Notes: a model not told the origin generated them from the sequence alone. Shown: positions 42,623 through 52,082, counted from the stretch's first letter. The stretch: 64,000 nt of DNA from an uncultured Eubacteriales bacterium (GCA_964574895.1 CAZNPB010000004.1:11468-75467), one strand, 5' to 3'. Numbers and translations: made by a program.

Positions 42623-45115
42623 TCGCTTTCGGGACAGGCGCTTGGCCAGCAGGGTCAGGACGAAGAGGGGGCCGGCGAAGGCGGCGGCGCCGGCGGCGAA
42701 GCCGACGTTGCTCCCCTTGAGCAGGCCGACGCCCCAGCCGAGCTGGTCCTCGTCGACGAGATAGGTCCAGGTCGAGGACGGGCCCTTCAATCCGGCCGCT
42801 TCGAGGTCGACGGGGCCCGGGCGGGAGACGAGCTCCCGAAGCCGGGCCTCGACCTCGCCGCCGATCCGGTCCTGGAGCCCCAGGAAGGCGTTCGTCGCGG
42901 CCTTCTGGAACTCCTGGAGCGGTTCGAGCCGGCCGATGGAGACGAGATGGATGCCCTCGCGGAGATCGGCCAGCCAGGCCAGGTGGCCGGCCCAGGCCTC
43001 GTCGACGAGAAGGAGCGCCGCCCGCCGGGCCAGGCGGTCGAAGTCGGCCTCCCCCATCCGGGCCGCGCCGGCCTGGCGGAGATCGGGCGACGGGCGGAAC
43101 GGGTCGTCGGCCGTCCCCCCGCCGGTCCGGGCGAAAACGGCGTCGCGCCAATCGGCGACGATGCGCCGCTGCGTTTCGATCAGCGTCGAGTAGTCCCAGA
43201 GCGCCCGGCGAAGGTCCAGGTTGCGGCCCTCGATGACGCGCTGGCCGTGGAGGATGTCCCGGCGCAGGAGATCGCTCTCGACCGCGCCGTCCCCGGGCGC
43301 GAGCCGGTAGCGGGCGAAGAGCCGGCGGGCCAGGCCGGTGCGCTCGAAGATGTCGTCCTCGAGGCTGATGAAGAACCGGGACGAGCCGGTATCGCCCTGG
43401 CGGCCGGCCCGGCCGCGGAGCTGGTCGTCGATGCGCCGGCTCTCGTGCCGGTTCGTGCCCACGACATAGAGCCCGCCCAGGGCGGCCACCCGGTCCCGGT
43501 CCTTCTCGTCGGGCCCGCCGAGCTTGATGTCCGTGCCCCGGCCGGCCATGTTGGTCGAGATGGTCACGGCGCCGGGCGCCCCGGCCCGGGCCACGACCGC
43601 GGCCTCGGCCTCGTCGTTGCGGGCGTTGAGGACCTCGCAGGCCAGGCCCGCCCCGGCCAGGGCGGCGGCCAGCTCCTCGGACTCGCGGACGCTGGCCGTG
43701 CCGACGAGGATGGGCCGGCCGGCGGCGTGGACCGCCGCGATCTCGCGGACCAGGGCGGCGACCTTGGCGGCCCGGCGGGTGAAGACGACGTCGGGCCGGT
43801 CGCGGCGCAGGCACGGCCGGTGCGGCGGCACGACGACCACGCCGGCGCCGTAGAACTCCTTGAATTCGCGGGCCGAGGGCGCGGCCGTGGCGGTCATGCC
43901 GCAGAGCGTCGGGTAGAGCCGGAAGAAGTGCTGTAGGGCGATCGAACCGAGGATGCGCCCCTCGGTCCCGCGGCGCACCCCTTCCTTGGCCTCGACCGCG
44001 GCCTGCAGGCCGTCGGGCCAATGGCGCTTGTCCATGACCCGGCCCGTGAACTCGTCGACGATCTCGATGCGGCCCCGGCGCACGATGTAGTCCACGTCCC
44101 GTTCGAGCAGGACCCGGGCGTGCAGGGCGCAATGGAGCGCGGCCAGCAGCTGTTCGTTCGCCGGGGCGAAGAGGCTGCCGCAGCCGAGCGAGGACTCGAC
44201 GCGGTGAAGTCCGGCGTCCGTGGGAAAGACGTTGGCCCGCTCGGCGTCGGTCTCGTAGTCGAGGCCGGGCGCGAGATCGCGCACGACCGCGGCCAGCCGG
44301 GCGGCGTCCTCCGGGAGCGCGGGGGCCGTGCCGGCGATGACGAGCGGCACGCGCGACTCGTCGATCAGGATCGAGTCGGCCTCGTCGACCAGGGCCGCGC
44401 CGAAGGGGCGTTGGACCCGCTCGTCGGGCGCGACCGCCAGCCGGTCGCGCAGGTAGTCGAAGCCGGCCTCTTTGGCCGTGGCGTAAACGACGTCGCCGGC
44501 GTAGGCCGCGCGCTTGGCCGCCCGGTCCTGGCCCTCCTGGACGGCCGCGGCCGACAAGCCGAGGAGTCGGTAGGCCGGCCCCATCCAGGCCGCGTCACGG
44601 CGGGCCAGGTAGTCGTTGAAGGTCAGGACGTGGACCGGCCGCCCGCCGAGGGCGAACCAGGCGGCGGTGAAGACGGCGGCCAGGGTCTTGCCCTCGCCCG
44701 TGGGCAGCTCGGCGATCTTCCCGTCGGCCATGGCCAGGGCGGCCACGACCTGGACGTCATGGGCGGCCAGGCCGGTGGCCCGCCGGGCGGCCTCGACCGC
44801 CAGGGCGAAGGCCTCGACCCGGGCGGCGTCGCGATCGCGCCGCGCCGCGCGGTCCCCGGCCAGACCGTCCTCGAGGCGGGGCCGCAGCGCGGCGGCCCGC
44901 CGGGCGAGCTCCCCGTCGGGAAGGCCGGTCAAGCCCTCGCTCGCGGCCCGGTCGCGGACCCTCCGGACGGTGCGGAGATAGCCGGCCAGGTCCGTTTCGA
45001 CGGGGTGGCCCCGGAGTTTGTTGAAGCCGGACTGAAGCCAGGCCGGAAAGATCGCCGGGCGCCGGCCCCGGCCTGAAGGCCGCCCGGAAAGGGCGGCCGG
45101 ATCGGTCTCGATCAT
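42587..45115 (-). CDS. secA: divergent SecA-family ATPase with C-terminal transmembrane tail anchor
   Basis: ORF track 42587..45241, trimmed to ATG 45115 (SD GAGGAGG). 842 aa. PTGEGKTL, VLTFNDYLARRD, LVDEADSILIDE, TNMAGRGTDIKLGG, GRAGRQGD. Ends ...VGFAAGAAAFAGPLFVLTLLAKRLSRKRD... Confidence 0.85.
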   Translation of the reverse strand: MIETDPAALSGRPSGRGRRPAIFPAWLQSGFNKLRGHPVETDLAGYLRTVRRVRDRAASEGLTGLPDGELARRAAALRPRLEDGLAGDRAARRDRDAARVEAFALAVEAARRATGLAAHDVQVVAALAMADGKIAELPTGEGKTLAAVFTAAWFALGGRPVHVLTFNDYLARRDAAWMGPAYRLLGLSAAAVQEGQDRAAKRAAYAGDVVYATAKEAGFDYLRDRLAVAPDERVQRPFGAALVDEADSILIDESRVPLVIAGTAPALPEDAARLAAVVRDLAPGLDYETDAERANVFPTDAGLHRVESSLGCGSLFAPANEQLLAALHCALHARVLLERDVDYIVRRGRIEIVDEFTGRVMDKRHWPDGLQAAVEAKEGVRRGTEGRILGSIALQHFFRLYPTLCGMTATAAPSAREFKEFYGAGVVVVPPHRPCLRRDRPDVVFTRRAAKVAALVREIAAVHAAGRPILVGTASVRESEELAAALAGAGLACEVLNARNDEAEAAVVARAGAPGAVTISTNMAGRGTDIKLGGPDEKDRDRVAALGGLYVVGTNRHESRRIDDQLRGRAGRQGDTGSSRFFISLEDDIFERTGLARRLFARYRLAPGDGAVESDLLRRDILHGQRVIEGRNLDLRRALWDYSTLIETQRRIVADWRDAVFARTGGGTADDPFRPSPDLRQAGAARMGEADFDRLARRAALLLVDEAWAGHLAWLADLREGIHLVSIGRLEPLQEFQKAATNAFLGLQDRIGGEVEARLRELVSRPGPVDLEAAGLKGPSSTWTYLVDEDQLGWGVGLLKGSNVGFAAGAAAFAGPLFVLTLLAKRLSRKRDGVKPASGSGS

Positions 45116-45174
45116 GGGAACCTCCTCGAAGGAAAAGGGATCGTCTCGACGCGACGCGGGGACGAGCGAGGAGG

Positions 45175-45360
45175 TCAGCGGGGCGGGCTTCGCAGGAGGC
45201 CCGGGCCCCCGGGACGGCGGACGACGGCCGGCTGGCGGCACGGTTCGCCGCGCGGCCGGACGACGAGCGGGACGGAGAGGACGAAGAACACGACGGCGAA
45301 GGGCAGGGGGAGGAGGAGAACGGCCAGAACCAGGAACGGGAGAGCGTATCTCGCGGCCAT
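45175..45360 (-). CDS. candidate 61-aa single-pass membrane protein upstream of the secA-like gene
   Basis: C-terminal part of spurious ORF 45175..47319: MAARYALPFLVLAVLLLPLPFAVVFFVLSVPLVV.... GC3-rich. A promoter lies about 20 nt upstream. The SD (GGAAGA) is weak. Confidence 0.45.
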   Translation of the reverse strand: MAARYALPFLVLAVLLLPLPFAVVFFVLSVPLVVRPRGEPCRQPAVVRRPGGPGLLRSPPR

Positions 45361-45381
45361 CGTGTCTATCTTCCGGCTTCT

Positions 45382-45410
45382 ATTGTAAGCCGTCACCCCG
45401 ATGGGGTCAA
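45382..45410 (-). promoter_or_regulatory. promoter (TTGACC-17-TACAAT) of the small ORF + secA-like operon
   Basis: Minus strand: TTGACC 45410-45405 (inside the right 45-nt repeat), TACAAT 45387-45382. Confidence 0.55.
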
Positions 45411-45444
45411 ACCTACATCGGGGAGCGGATTTCAAGAAGCGACC
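45400..45444. repeat. right 45-nt inverted repeat (family-1b)
   Basis: GATGGGGTCAAACCTACATCGGGGAGCGGATTTCAAGAAGCGACC. The first 15 nt are identical to the element terminus at 49073. Confidence 0.75.
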
Positions 45445-45551
45445 ATCATCATCGCTCCGGAGCGGCTCGGAGGAGCGCTGATGAGAATATCTTAGAAAGG
45501 GAATGGGAGCGGGAAAGCGGCGGCTTCGGCGCCATCGCCGGCTCTCCCCGC

Positions 45552-45580
45552 TTGACAAAACGCCGGGGAGCGGGGATGCT
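45552..45580 (+). promoter_or_regulatory. candidate promoter (TTGACA-17-GATGCT)
   Basis: TTGACA 45552-45557, GATGCT 45575-45580. This argues for ATG 45598 as the start. Confidence 0.45.
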
Positions 45581-45597
45581 TGAAGCGGACAATCGCC

Positions 45598-47784
45598 ATG
45601 AGCAAACGACTCGCGGCGGCCGCCGGGCTGGCCGCGCTCCTTATCGCCGGCGGCGCCGGAGCGGCCCTCGGCGGCCCCGACCGCCCCGCCTCGCCCGCGC
45701 CGGGGACGGCGGCCTCCCAGGACGTCAAGCCTCTCCAATACGAGCTCAGCGTCATCCTCAAGCTCATCCCCGTCCACGTCACGGACAAGAAGGGCCGCCC
45801 CGTCCTTGATCTGACCCGCGACGAGTTCACCGTCACCGACAACGGCCAGCCCGTGACGATCACGGAATTCGAGCGTCACGCCCTCGCGCCCGCGGCCGCT
45901 TCCCGCGGAGCCGGGGCCGCGCCCGCGGCCGGAGCGGCGCCGGCCGCCGCCCCGCCGGCCGTCCGTCCGGCGGCGCGCAGGTTCTTCCTGTTCTTCGACT
46001 TCGCCTACAACAACGTCCGCGGCATCCAGAAGGCCCGGACCGCCGCCCTCCATTTCCTGGACAAGATCGTCCGGCCCGAGGACGAGGCGGCCATCCTGAC
46101 CTATTCGTCCGTCGGCGGCCTGGCCATCCACGAATATCTGACCGCGGACAAGGCCAAAGTCCGGCAGGTCGTGGAGAAGATCGGTCACGCCGACGTCAAG
46201 GGCCGGGCGACCGTCATCGAGGACTACTACTGGAGGCTCGTTCAGGCCACGGGCGGACCGTTCGCCCTCGGCTTCCGGGCCGAGGCCGAAGCGAACCGCC
46301 AGGAATCGCGCGGCATGGCCCAGCAGTACATGCAGAAGCTGACCGCCCTGGCCCGCGCCCTGCGGCTGGTCGAGGGCGAGAAGAATTTCGTCCTCTTCTC
46401 CAGCGGCATTCCGAGCTCCTTGATCTACGGCTTCGCCCCGGCCAACGCCTTCAACCGCTCCGACGTCGCCCGCGCCTCCGGCGACGATGTCCTGCGGCGG
46501 GCGAACGAGGCCATGTACAAGGAGTTCGGCGCGGCCGGCTGCGCGTTCTACGCCTTCGACACGCGGGAGTCGGCCAAGGAGGCCTCCCTCTTCGCCTACG
46601 ACGAGGAGACCTTCGCGCTGGGCAGCCGGGCCCTGACCACGGCCATCGGTCCTTACGACGTCTTCAAGGACGACAAGGCCACCGGCCTCGACTCGCTCAA
46701 GCGCTTCACCGACACGACCGGCGGGAAGTACTACTCGAATATCAACATGTACGAGAAGAACGCCGCCCAGGTCGGGGACGTGACGGGGGCCTATTACGTT
46801 CTCGGCTATGCCGTGAGCGAACGGTCGAGCGGCGAGTTCCACGAGGTCAAAGTGACGGTCAGCCGCAAGGGCTGCCAGGCCCGGACCCAGACGGGGTATT
46901 TCGATCCCAAGCCCTACGCCGAGTACTCCGATGTCGAGAAGCAGATCCACCTCTTCGACCTGGCCCTCAACGAGAGGGCCTTCTCGCGCCTGCCCGTCAA
47001 CGTGCCGATGGGGGCCATGGCGGCCTCGGCCGAGGGCCTTTCGCACCTGGCCCTGCTGGCCCGCCTGCCCGGCGAGGTCACGGCCAAGTTCGCCGGCCGG
47101 AGGGTCGAGTTCGTGGCCCTGTTCTTCGACGCCGCCAGCGACGTCGCCGCGATCGTCCGCGAGGAGCGCGACCTGTCGCCCTGGCGCGGCCGCGAGATGG
47201 CCTTCGCCGCCGGGGCCGGGCTGCCGCCCGGCGATTACGGCTGCCGGCTCGTCGTCCGGGACATGGAATCCGGCGCCAGCGCGGTGGCCTCGGTCAAGGC
47301 CGCGGTCGGCCGGCCGCAACCGGCCGGACTGCAGATCGGGACGCCCCTCGTCCTCGAAGCCCGGACCGGCTGTCCGCTCGTTCTGGCCGGGGCCCCGAAA
47401 GGGAGCCGGGCCTTCCCCTGGGACGATTACTACGGCTACGACAGCTCGATCTACACGCCGGTCCTGGCGGGCGAAGCGGCCCCGGCCGGCGCCCTGGCCG
47501 TCCCGGGCGGCCTGAAGGCCGTCCTCCCCTGCGCCGCGCCCGGCGGAGCGTCCGCCGCCGGCCTGGCCGTGACGGCCTCCCTGGTCGACGCCGCGACCGG
47601 GCGGCAGACGGCGGTCTCGGTCGGCCTGGCCGGCCGGGCCGGGACGGGGCCGATCGAGGTCCTAACGCTCGACCTGGCGACGGCGGCGGCGGTGGCGCCC
47701 GGCACGTACTACCTCCATTTCTACGCCGGTGACAAGGCCTCGGGCTCGGTCGGGCACGCCTTCACCGTCCTTGCCGTCCGATAA
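45598..47784 (+). CDS. VWA-domain protein (VWFA-related Acidobacterial-type domain)
   Basis: ORF track 45580..47784, trimmed to ATG 45598. Signal peptide. LIPVHVTDKKGRPVLDLTRDEFTVTDNGQPVTITEFE and FFLFFDFAYN blocks. Confidence 0.8.
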   Translation: MSKRLAAAAGLAALLIAGGAGAALGGPDRPASPAPGTAASQDVKPLQYELSVILKLIPVHVTDKKGRPVLDLTRDEFTVTDNGQPVTITEFERHALAPAAASRGAGAAPAAGAAPAAAPPAVRPAARRFFLFFDFAYNNVRGIQKARTAALHFLDKIVRPEDEAAILTYSSVGGLAIHEYLTADKAKVRQVVEKIGHADVKGRATVIEDYYWRLVQATGGPFALGFRAEAEANRQESRGMAQQYMQKLTALARALRLVEGEKNFVLFSSGIPSSLIYGFAPANAFNRSDVARASGDDVLRRANEAMYKEFGAAGCAFYAFDTRESAKEASLFAYDEETFALGSRALTTAIGPYDVFKDDKATGLDSLKRFTDTTGGKYYSNINMYEKNAAQVGDVTGAYYVLGYAVSERSSGEFHEVKVTVSRKGCQARTQTGYFDPKPYAEYSDVEKQIHLFDLALNERAFSRLPVNVPMGAMAASAEGLSHLALLARLPGEVTAKFAGRRVEFVALFFDAASDVAAIVREERDLSPWRGREMAFAAGAGLPPGDYGCRLVVRDMESGASAVASVKAAVGRPQPAGLQIGTPLVLEARTGCPLVLAGAPKGSRAFPWDDYYGYDSSIYTPVLAGEAAPAGALAVPGGLKAVLPCAAPGGASAAGLAVTASLVDAATGRQTAVSVGLAGRAGTGPIEVLTLDLATAAAVAPGTYYLHFYAGDKASGSVGHAFTVLAVR

Positions 47785-47788
47785 AACA

Positions 47789-47817
47789 TTGAATTCCGGG
47801 CCGGATTTTCCCATAAT
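47789..47817 (+). promoter_or_regulatory. pot operon promoter (TTGAAT-17-CATAAT)
   Basis: TTGAAT 47789-47794, CATAAT 47812-47817. Confidence 0.6.
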
Positions 47818-47826
47818 GGAGCGGCC

Positions 47827-47923
47827 ATGACCGAGCCGCTCCGCATCGCTTCCGCCATCTTCGCCGCCATCGCCGCCTCGGTCCTCCTCGCCCTCGCCCC
47901 GCCGCCACAGGAGCGTCCCGCCG

Positions 47924-47931
<8 letters not shown>
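47827..47931 (+). CDS. possible 34-codon leader/membrane peptide overlapping the potA start
   Basis: My own reading: MTEPLRIASAIFAAIAASVLLALAPPPQERPAVA. The ATG is 9 nt after the -10. The stop overlaps potA TTG 47924 by 8 nt. Confidence 0.3.
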
Positions 47932-49072
<1,141 letters not shown>

Positions 49073-49075
49073 GAT

Positions 49076-49172
49076 GGGGTCAAACCTGAATTTCTTCAAT
49101 TTTTGGAGACGTCCAGCGAGGCCCAGGTCTGCCAGCCAAAATCAAAAAATGAAGAAATTCAGGTTTGACCCC
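49076..49172. repeat. family-1 palindromic element inserted at the potA-potB junction
   Basis: GGGGTCAAACCTGAATTTCTTCAATTTTT... pairs with ...AAAAATGAAGAAATTCAGGTTTGACCCC (one indel). It starts 3 nt after the potA stop. Confidence 0.8.
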
Positions 49173-50021
49173 CAATGGGCGATCAGCCTGCCGACGATCG
49201 TCTGGCTGAGCCTGTTCGTCGTCGTCCCGACCCTGGTCGTGTTCGTCATCGCCTTCCGGCCGGCCAACCCCTACGGCGGCATCGGGACGGGTTGGACCCT
49301 GGAGACCGTCCGGGCCCTGGCCGCCCCCGGCACCCTCGTCATCGCCTGGCGGACGCTGTGGATGAGCCTGCTGACGACGGTCATCTCCCTTCTCCTGGCC
49401 CTGCCGGTCGGCTACACCATCGCCCGGGCCCGGGCCCGCTGGCGCAACCGCCTGCTCCTCTTCATCGTCGTCCCCTTCTGGACGAGCTTCCTCGTCCGCG
49501 TCTTCGCCTGGCGCTCGCTCCTCCACCCGGAGGGGCCGGTCAAGCGGGTGCTGGCCGCGATCGGCCTGGTCGGGCCGCAGGCGACCCTGCTCTACCACCC
49601 GGCGGCCGTCGTCCTGGTCATGGTCTACACCTTCCTGCCGTTCACCATCCTGCCGATCTACGCCGCGGCCGAGAAGTTCGATTTCCGGCTGGTCGAGGCC
49701 GCCCGCGACCTCGGGGCTCGGCCCTTCCAGGCCTTCCGCAAGGTCTTCCTGCCCGGCATCCGGGGCGGGGTCGTGACCGCCGTGCTGGTCGTCCTCGTCC
49801 CGGCCCTGGGCTCGTACATCATCCCCGACCTCGTCGGCGGCCCGTCGAGCGAGATGATCGGCAACAAGATCGCCCAGCGAGTCTTCACCGACCGCAATCT
49901 GCCGCTGGCCAGCGCCCTGTCGGCGGTCCTGGTCCTGGCCGTGCTGGCGCCGCTCGCCGCCATCCTCGTCCTCCAGCGCAAGGGCAAGAAGTCGGGCATC
50001 GTCATGGGAGAGGCGCCGTGA
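49149..50021 (+). CDS. potB: spermidine/putrescine ABC transporter permease
   Basis: ORF track 49074..50021. The start is either ATG 49149 (MKKFRFDP..., inside the element) or ATG 49074 (coupled to the potA stop). 6-TM permease with an EAA-loop (EAARDLGARPFQAF). Confidence 0.8.
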   Translation: MKKFRFDPQWAISLPTIVWLSLFVVVPTLVVFVIAFRPANPYGGIGTGWTLETVRALAAPGTLVIAWRTLWMSLLTTVISLLLALPVGYTIARARARWRNRLLLFIVVPFWTSFLVRVFAWRSLLHPEGPVKRVLAAIGLVGPQATLLYHPAAVVLVMVYTFLPFTILPIYAAAEKFDFRLVEAARDLGARPFQAFRKVFLPGIRGGVVTAVLVVLVPALGSYIIPDLVGGPSSEMIGNKIAQRVFTDRNLPLASALSAVLVLAVLAPLAAILVLQRKGKKSGIVMGEAP

Positions 50022-50791
50022 AGCGGAGCCGCTTCCCCTTCGTCGTCACGGGCCTGGTCCTGGCCTTCCTGTACCTGCCGATCCTCATCCTGATCGCCAA
50101 CTCGTTCAACCCGGCCCGCTTCTCCGGCCGCTGGGAGGGCTTCTCGCTGGTCTGGTACGCCCGGCTTTTCGAATCCCCGGAGATCTGGCAGGCCGTCCGG
50201 AACACGCTCGTCATCGCCGTCGCGGCCACGGCCGTCTCGGTCGTGCTGGGCACGATGGCCGCCTACGCCCTCCACCGGTGGAGCGCCAGCCGGCTCCAGC
50301 GCCTCCACTACACCCTGATCTACCAGCCCCTCGTCGTGCCCGAGATCCTGATGGGCATCAGCCTGTTGATGGCCTTCGTGGCCGTGGGCGCGCCGCTCGG
50401 CCTGTTCACGATCTTCCTGGCCCACGTCACCTTCTGCGTCAGCTACGTGGCCATGACCGTGCTCGGCCGGCTCCAGGACTTCGATCTCTCCGTCATCGAG
50501 GCGGCCCGCGACCTCGGGGCCAGCCCGTGGCAGGCCGTCCGGCGGGTGCTGCTGCCCCTGCTCATGCCCGGGATCGTCTCCGGCGGGCTGCTGGCCTTCA
50601 CCCTGTCGGTCGACGATTTCGTCATCACCTTCTTCGTCGCCGGGCCGGGCTCGACGACCCTGCCCCTGCGCATCTACAGCATGATCAAGTACGGCGCCCC
50701 GCCCCTGATCAACGCCCTGTCGACGCTGCTTCTGGCCGTGACCCTGACGGCCGTCCTGTTCAGCCAGCGCCTGGCCTCCCGCCGCTCCTAG
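50018..50791 (+). CDS. potC: spermidine/putrescine ABC transporter permease
   Basis: GTG 50018 overlaps the potB stop (GTGA). 257 aa. EAARDLGASPWQAV loop. Confidence 0.85.
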   Translation: MKRSRFPFVVTGLVLAFLYLPILILIANSFNPARFSGRWEGFSLVWYARLFESPEIWQAVRNTLVIAVAATAVSVVLGTMAAYALHRWSASRLQRLHYTLIYQPLVVPEILMGISLLMAFVAVGAPLGLFTIFLAHVTFCVSYVAMTVLGRLQDFDLSVIEAARDLGASPWQAVRRVLLPLLMPGIVSGGLLAFTLSVDDFVITFFVAGPGSTTLPLRIYSMIKYGAPPLINALSTLLLAVTLTAVLFSQRLASRRS

Positions 50792-50828
50792 GCCGGCGGC
50801 GGGAGCGGCGACGGAGCAGGGACGAATA

Positions 50829-50849
50829 ACGGGAGCATCCCCGTTTTTT
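50829..50849 (+). terminator. weak rho-independent terminator after potC
   Basis: ACGGG-agcatc-CCCGT stem followed by TTTTTT. Confidence 0.4.
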
Positions 50850-50850
50850 A

Positions 50851-50879
50851 TTGAAATGCCGGGCGGTCTGGATTATAAC
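50851..50879 (+). promoter_or_regulatory. potD promoter (TTGAAA-17-TATAAC)
   Basis: TTGAAA 50851-50856, TATAAC 50874-50879. This argues against the track's TTG 50851 start. Confidence 0.55.
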
Positions 50880-50898
50880 GGGCCTTCGTGAGGCACCC

Positions 50899-51966
50899 GT
50901 GAGAAACCGCGACCCGAACCGGCCCGCCGCGTCCGCCGCCGCCCTGGCGCTCGCCCTCGGGCTGGCCCTCGCCGCCGCCGGGGCCGCCTGCGGCCGGGCC
51001 AAGCCGGTCCTCCGCGTCTACACCTGGTCCGATTACATCAAGCCCGAGATCGTCCGCCGCTTCGAGCGCGAGCGGGGCTGCCGGGTCGTCCTCGACACGT
51101 TCGAGTCGAACGAGGCCATGTACGCCAAGCTCAGGGCCGGGGCGACGGGCTACGACCTGCTCATGCCCTCGAGCTACATGGTCAGCCTGATGCACGCCCA
51201 GGGCCTGCTGGCCCGCCTCGATCACGCCCGGCTGCCCAACCTGGTCCATATCGATCCCGACTACCTGGCCCTGGCCGTCGACAAGGCCATGGACCACTCC
51301 GTTCCCTACATGATCACCAACACGGGCATCGCCTACCTCGAGGGCCGGGTGGCCGACGTCGCGCCGTCGTGGCGGATGTTCGGCCGGACGGACCTGCGCG
51401 GCCGCATGACCATGTTCAACGACATGCGCGAGACGATCGGCGCCGCCCTGAAGTACCGGGGCCACAGCATCAACTCGACCGACCCGGCCGAGCTGGCCGA
51501 GGCCGAGGCGGTCCTCCTCGAATGGAAGAAGAACCTGGCCAAGTTCGACAACGAGCAGTACAAGCTCGGACTGGCCTCGGGCGAGTTCCTGCTCGTCCAC
51601 GCCTGGAGCGGCGACGTCTTCCAGGTCCGGCGCGAGAATCCGGACGTGCGGTTCGTCATCCCCGAAGAAGGCACGGTCATCTCCTGCGACGACCTGGTCA
51701 TCCCGGCCGACGCCCGGCAGGTCGGCCTGGCCCACGCCTTCATCGATCTCCTGCTCGACCCCGCCGTCGCCGCCGAGAACACGGCCTTCGTCTACTATCT
51801 CTGCCCGAACAAGGATTCCTATCCCCTGTTGCCGGCCGAGATCCGCGACAATCCCGGCATCTTCATGGACCCGGCCATCAGGGCCAAGAGCGAGATGATC
51901 GGCGACATCGGGCCGGCCAACGCCCTCTACGTCGCCGTCTGGGACCGCCTCAAAGCCTCCCGCTAG
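50899..51966 (+). CDS. potD: spermidine/putrescine-binding periplasmic lipoprotein
   Basis: ORF track 50851..51966, trimmed to GTG 50899 (SD GAGG). Lipobox LAAAGAAC. LRVYTWSDYI... Confidence 0.8.
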   Translation: MRNRDPNRPAASAAALALALGLALAAAGAACGRAKPVLRVYTWSDYIKPEIVRRFERERGCRVVLDTFESNEAMYAKLRAGATGYDLLMPSSYMVSLMHAQGLLARLDHARLPNLVHIDPDYLALAVDKAMDHSVPYMITNTGIAYLEGRVADVAPSWRMFGRTDLRGRMTMFNDMRETIGAALKYRGHSINSTDPAELAEAEAVLLEWKKNLAKFDNEQYKLGLASGEFLLVHAWSGDVFQVRRENPDVRFVIPEEGTVISCDDLVIPADARQVGLAHAFIDLLLDPAVAAENTAFVYYLCPNKDSYPLLPAEIRDNPGIFMDPAIRAKSEMIGDIGPANALYVAVWDRLKASR

Positions 51967-52072
51967 GATGGGGGACACAATACCCTGTCCCTACTTTCCC
52001 CCGACGATCAGTGGTGCCGGGGCACACTTTTTTCAGGCGGAAAAGTCGGGACGGGGTATTGTGTCCCCCATC
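51967..52072. repeat. family-2 palindromic element (terminus GATGGGGGACACAATAC)
   Basis: Terminal inverted repeat of about 35 bp with two mismatches. Central GTGCCGGGGCAC palindrome. It fills the gap between the convergent potD and BNR-PPIase genes. Confidence 0.8.
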
Positions 52073-52082
52073 TTATCTTGCG

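Noticed and set aside
50851-50898. The track's TTG 50851 start for potD (MKCRAVWIITGLREAP...).
   Set aside because: TTGAAA at 50851 is the -35 of a TTGAAA-17-TATAAC promoter, so these codons would not be transcribed. GTG 50899, with SD GAGG, gives a normal lipoprotein signal peptide.
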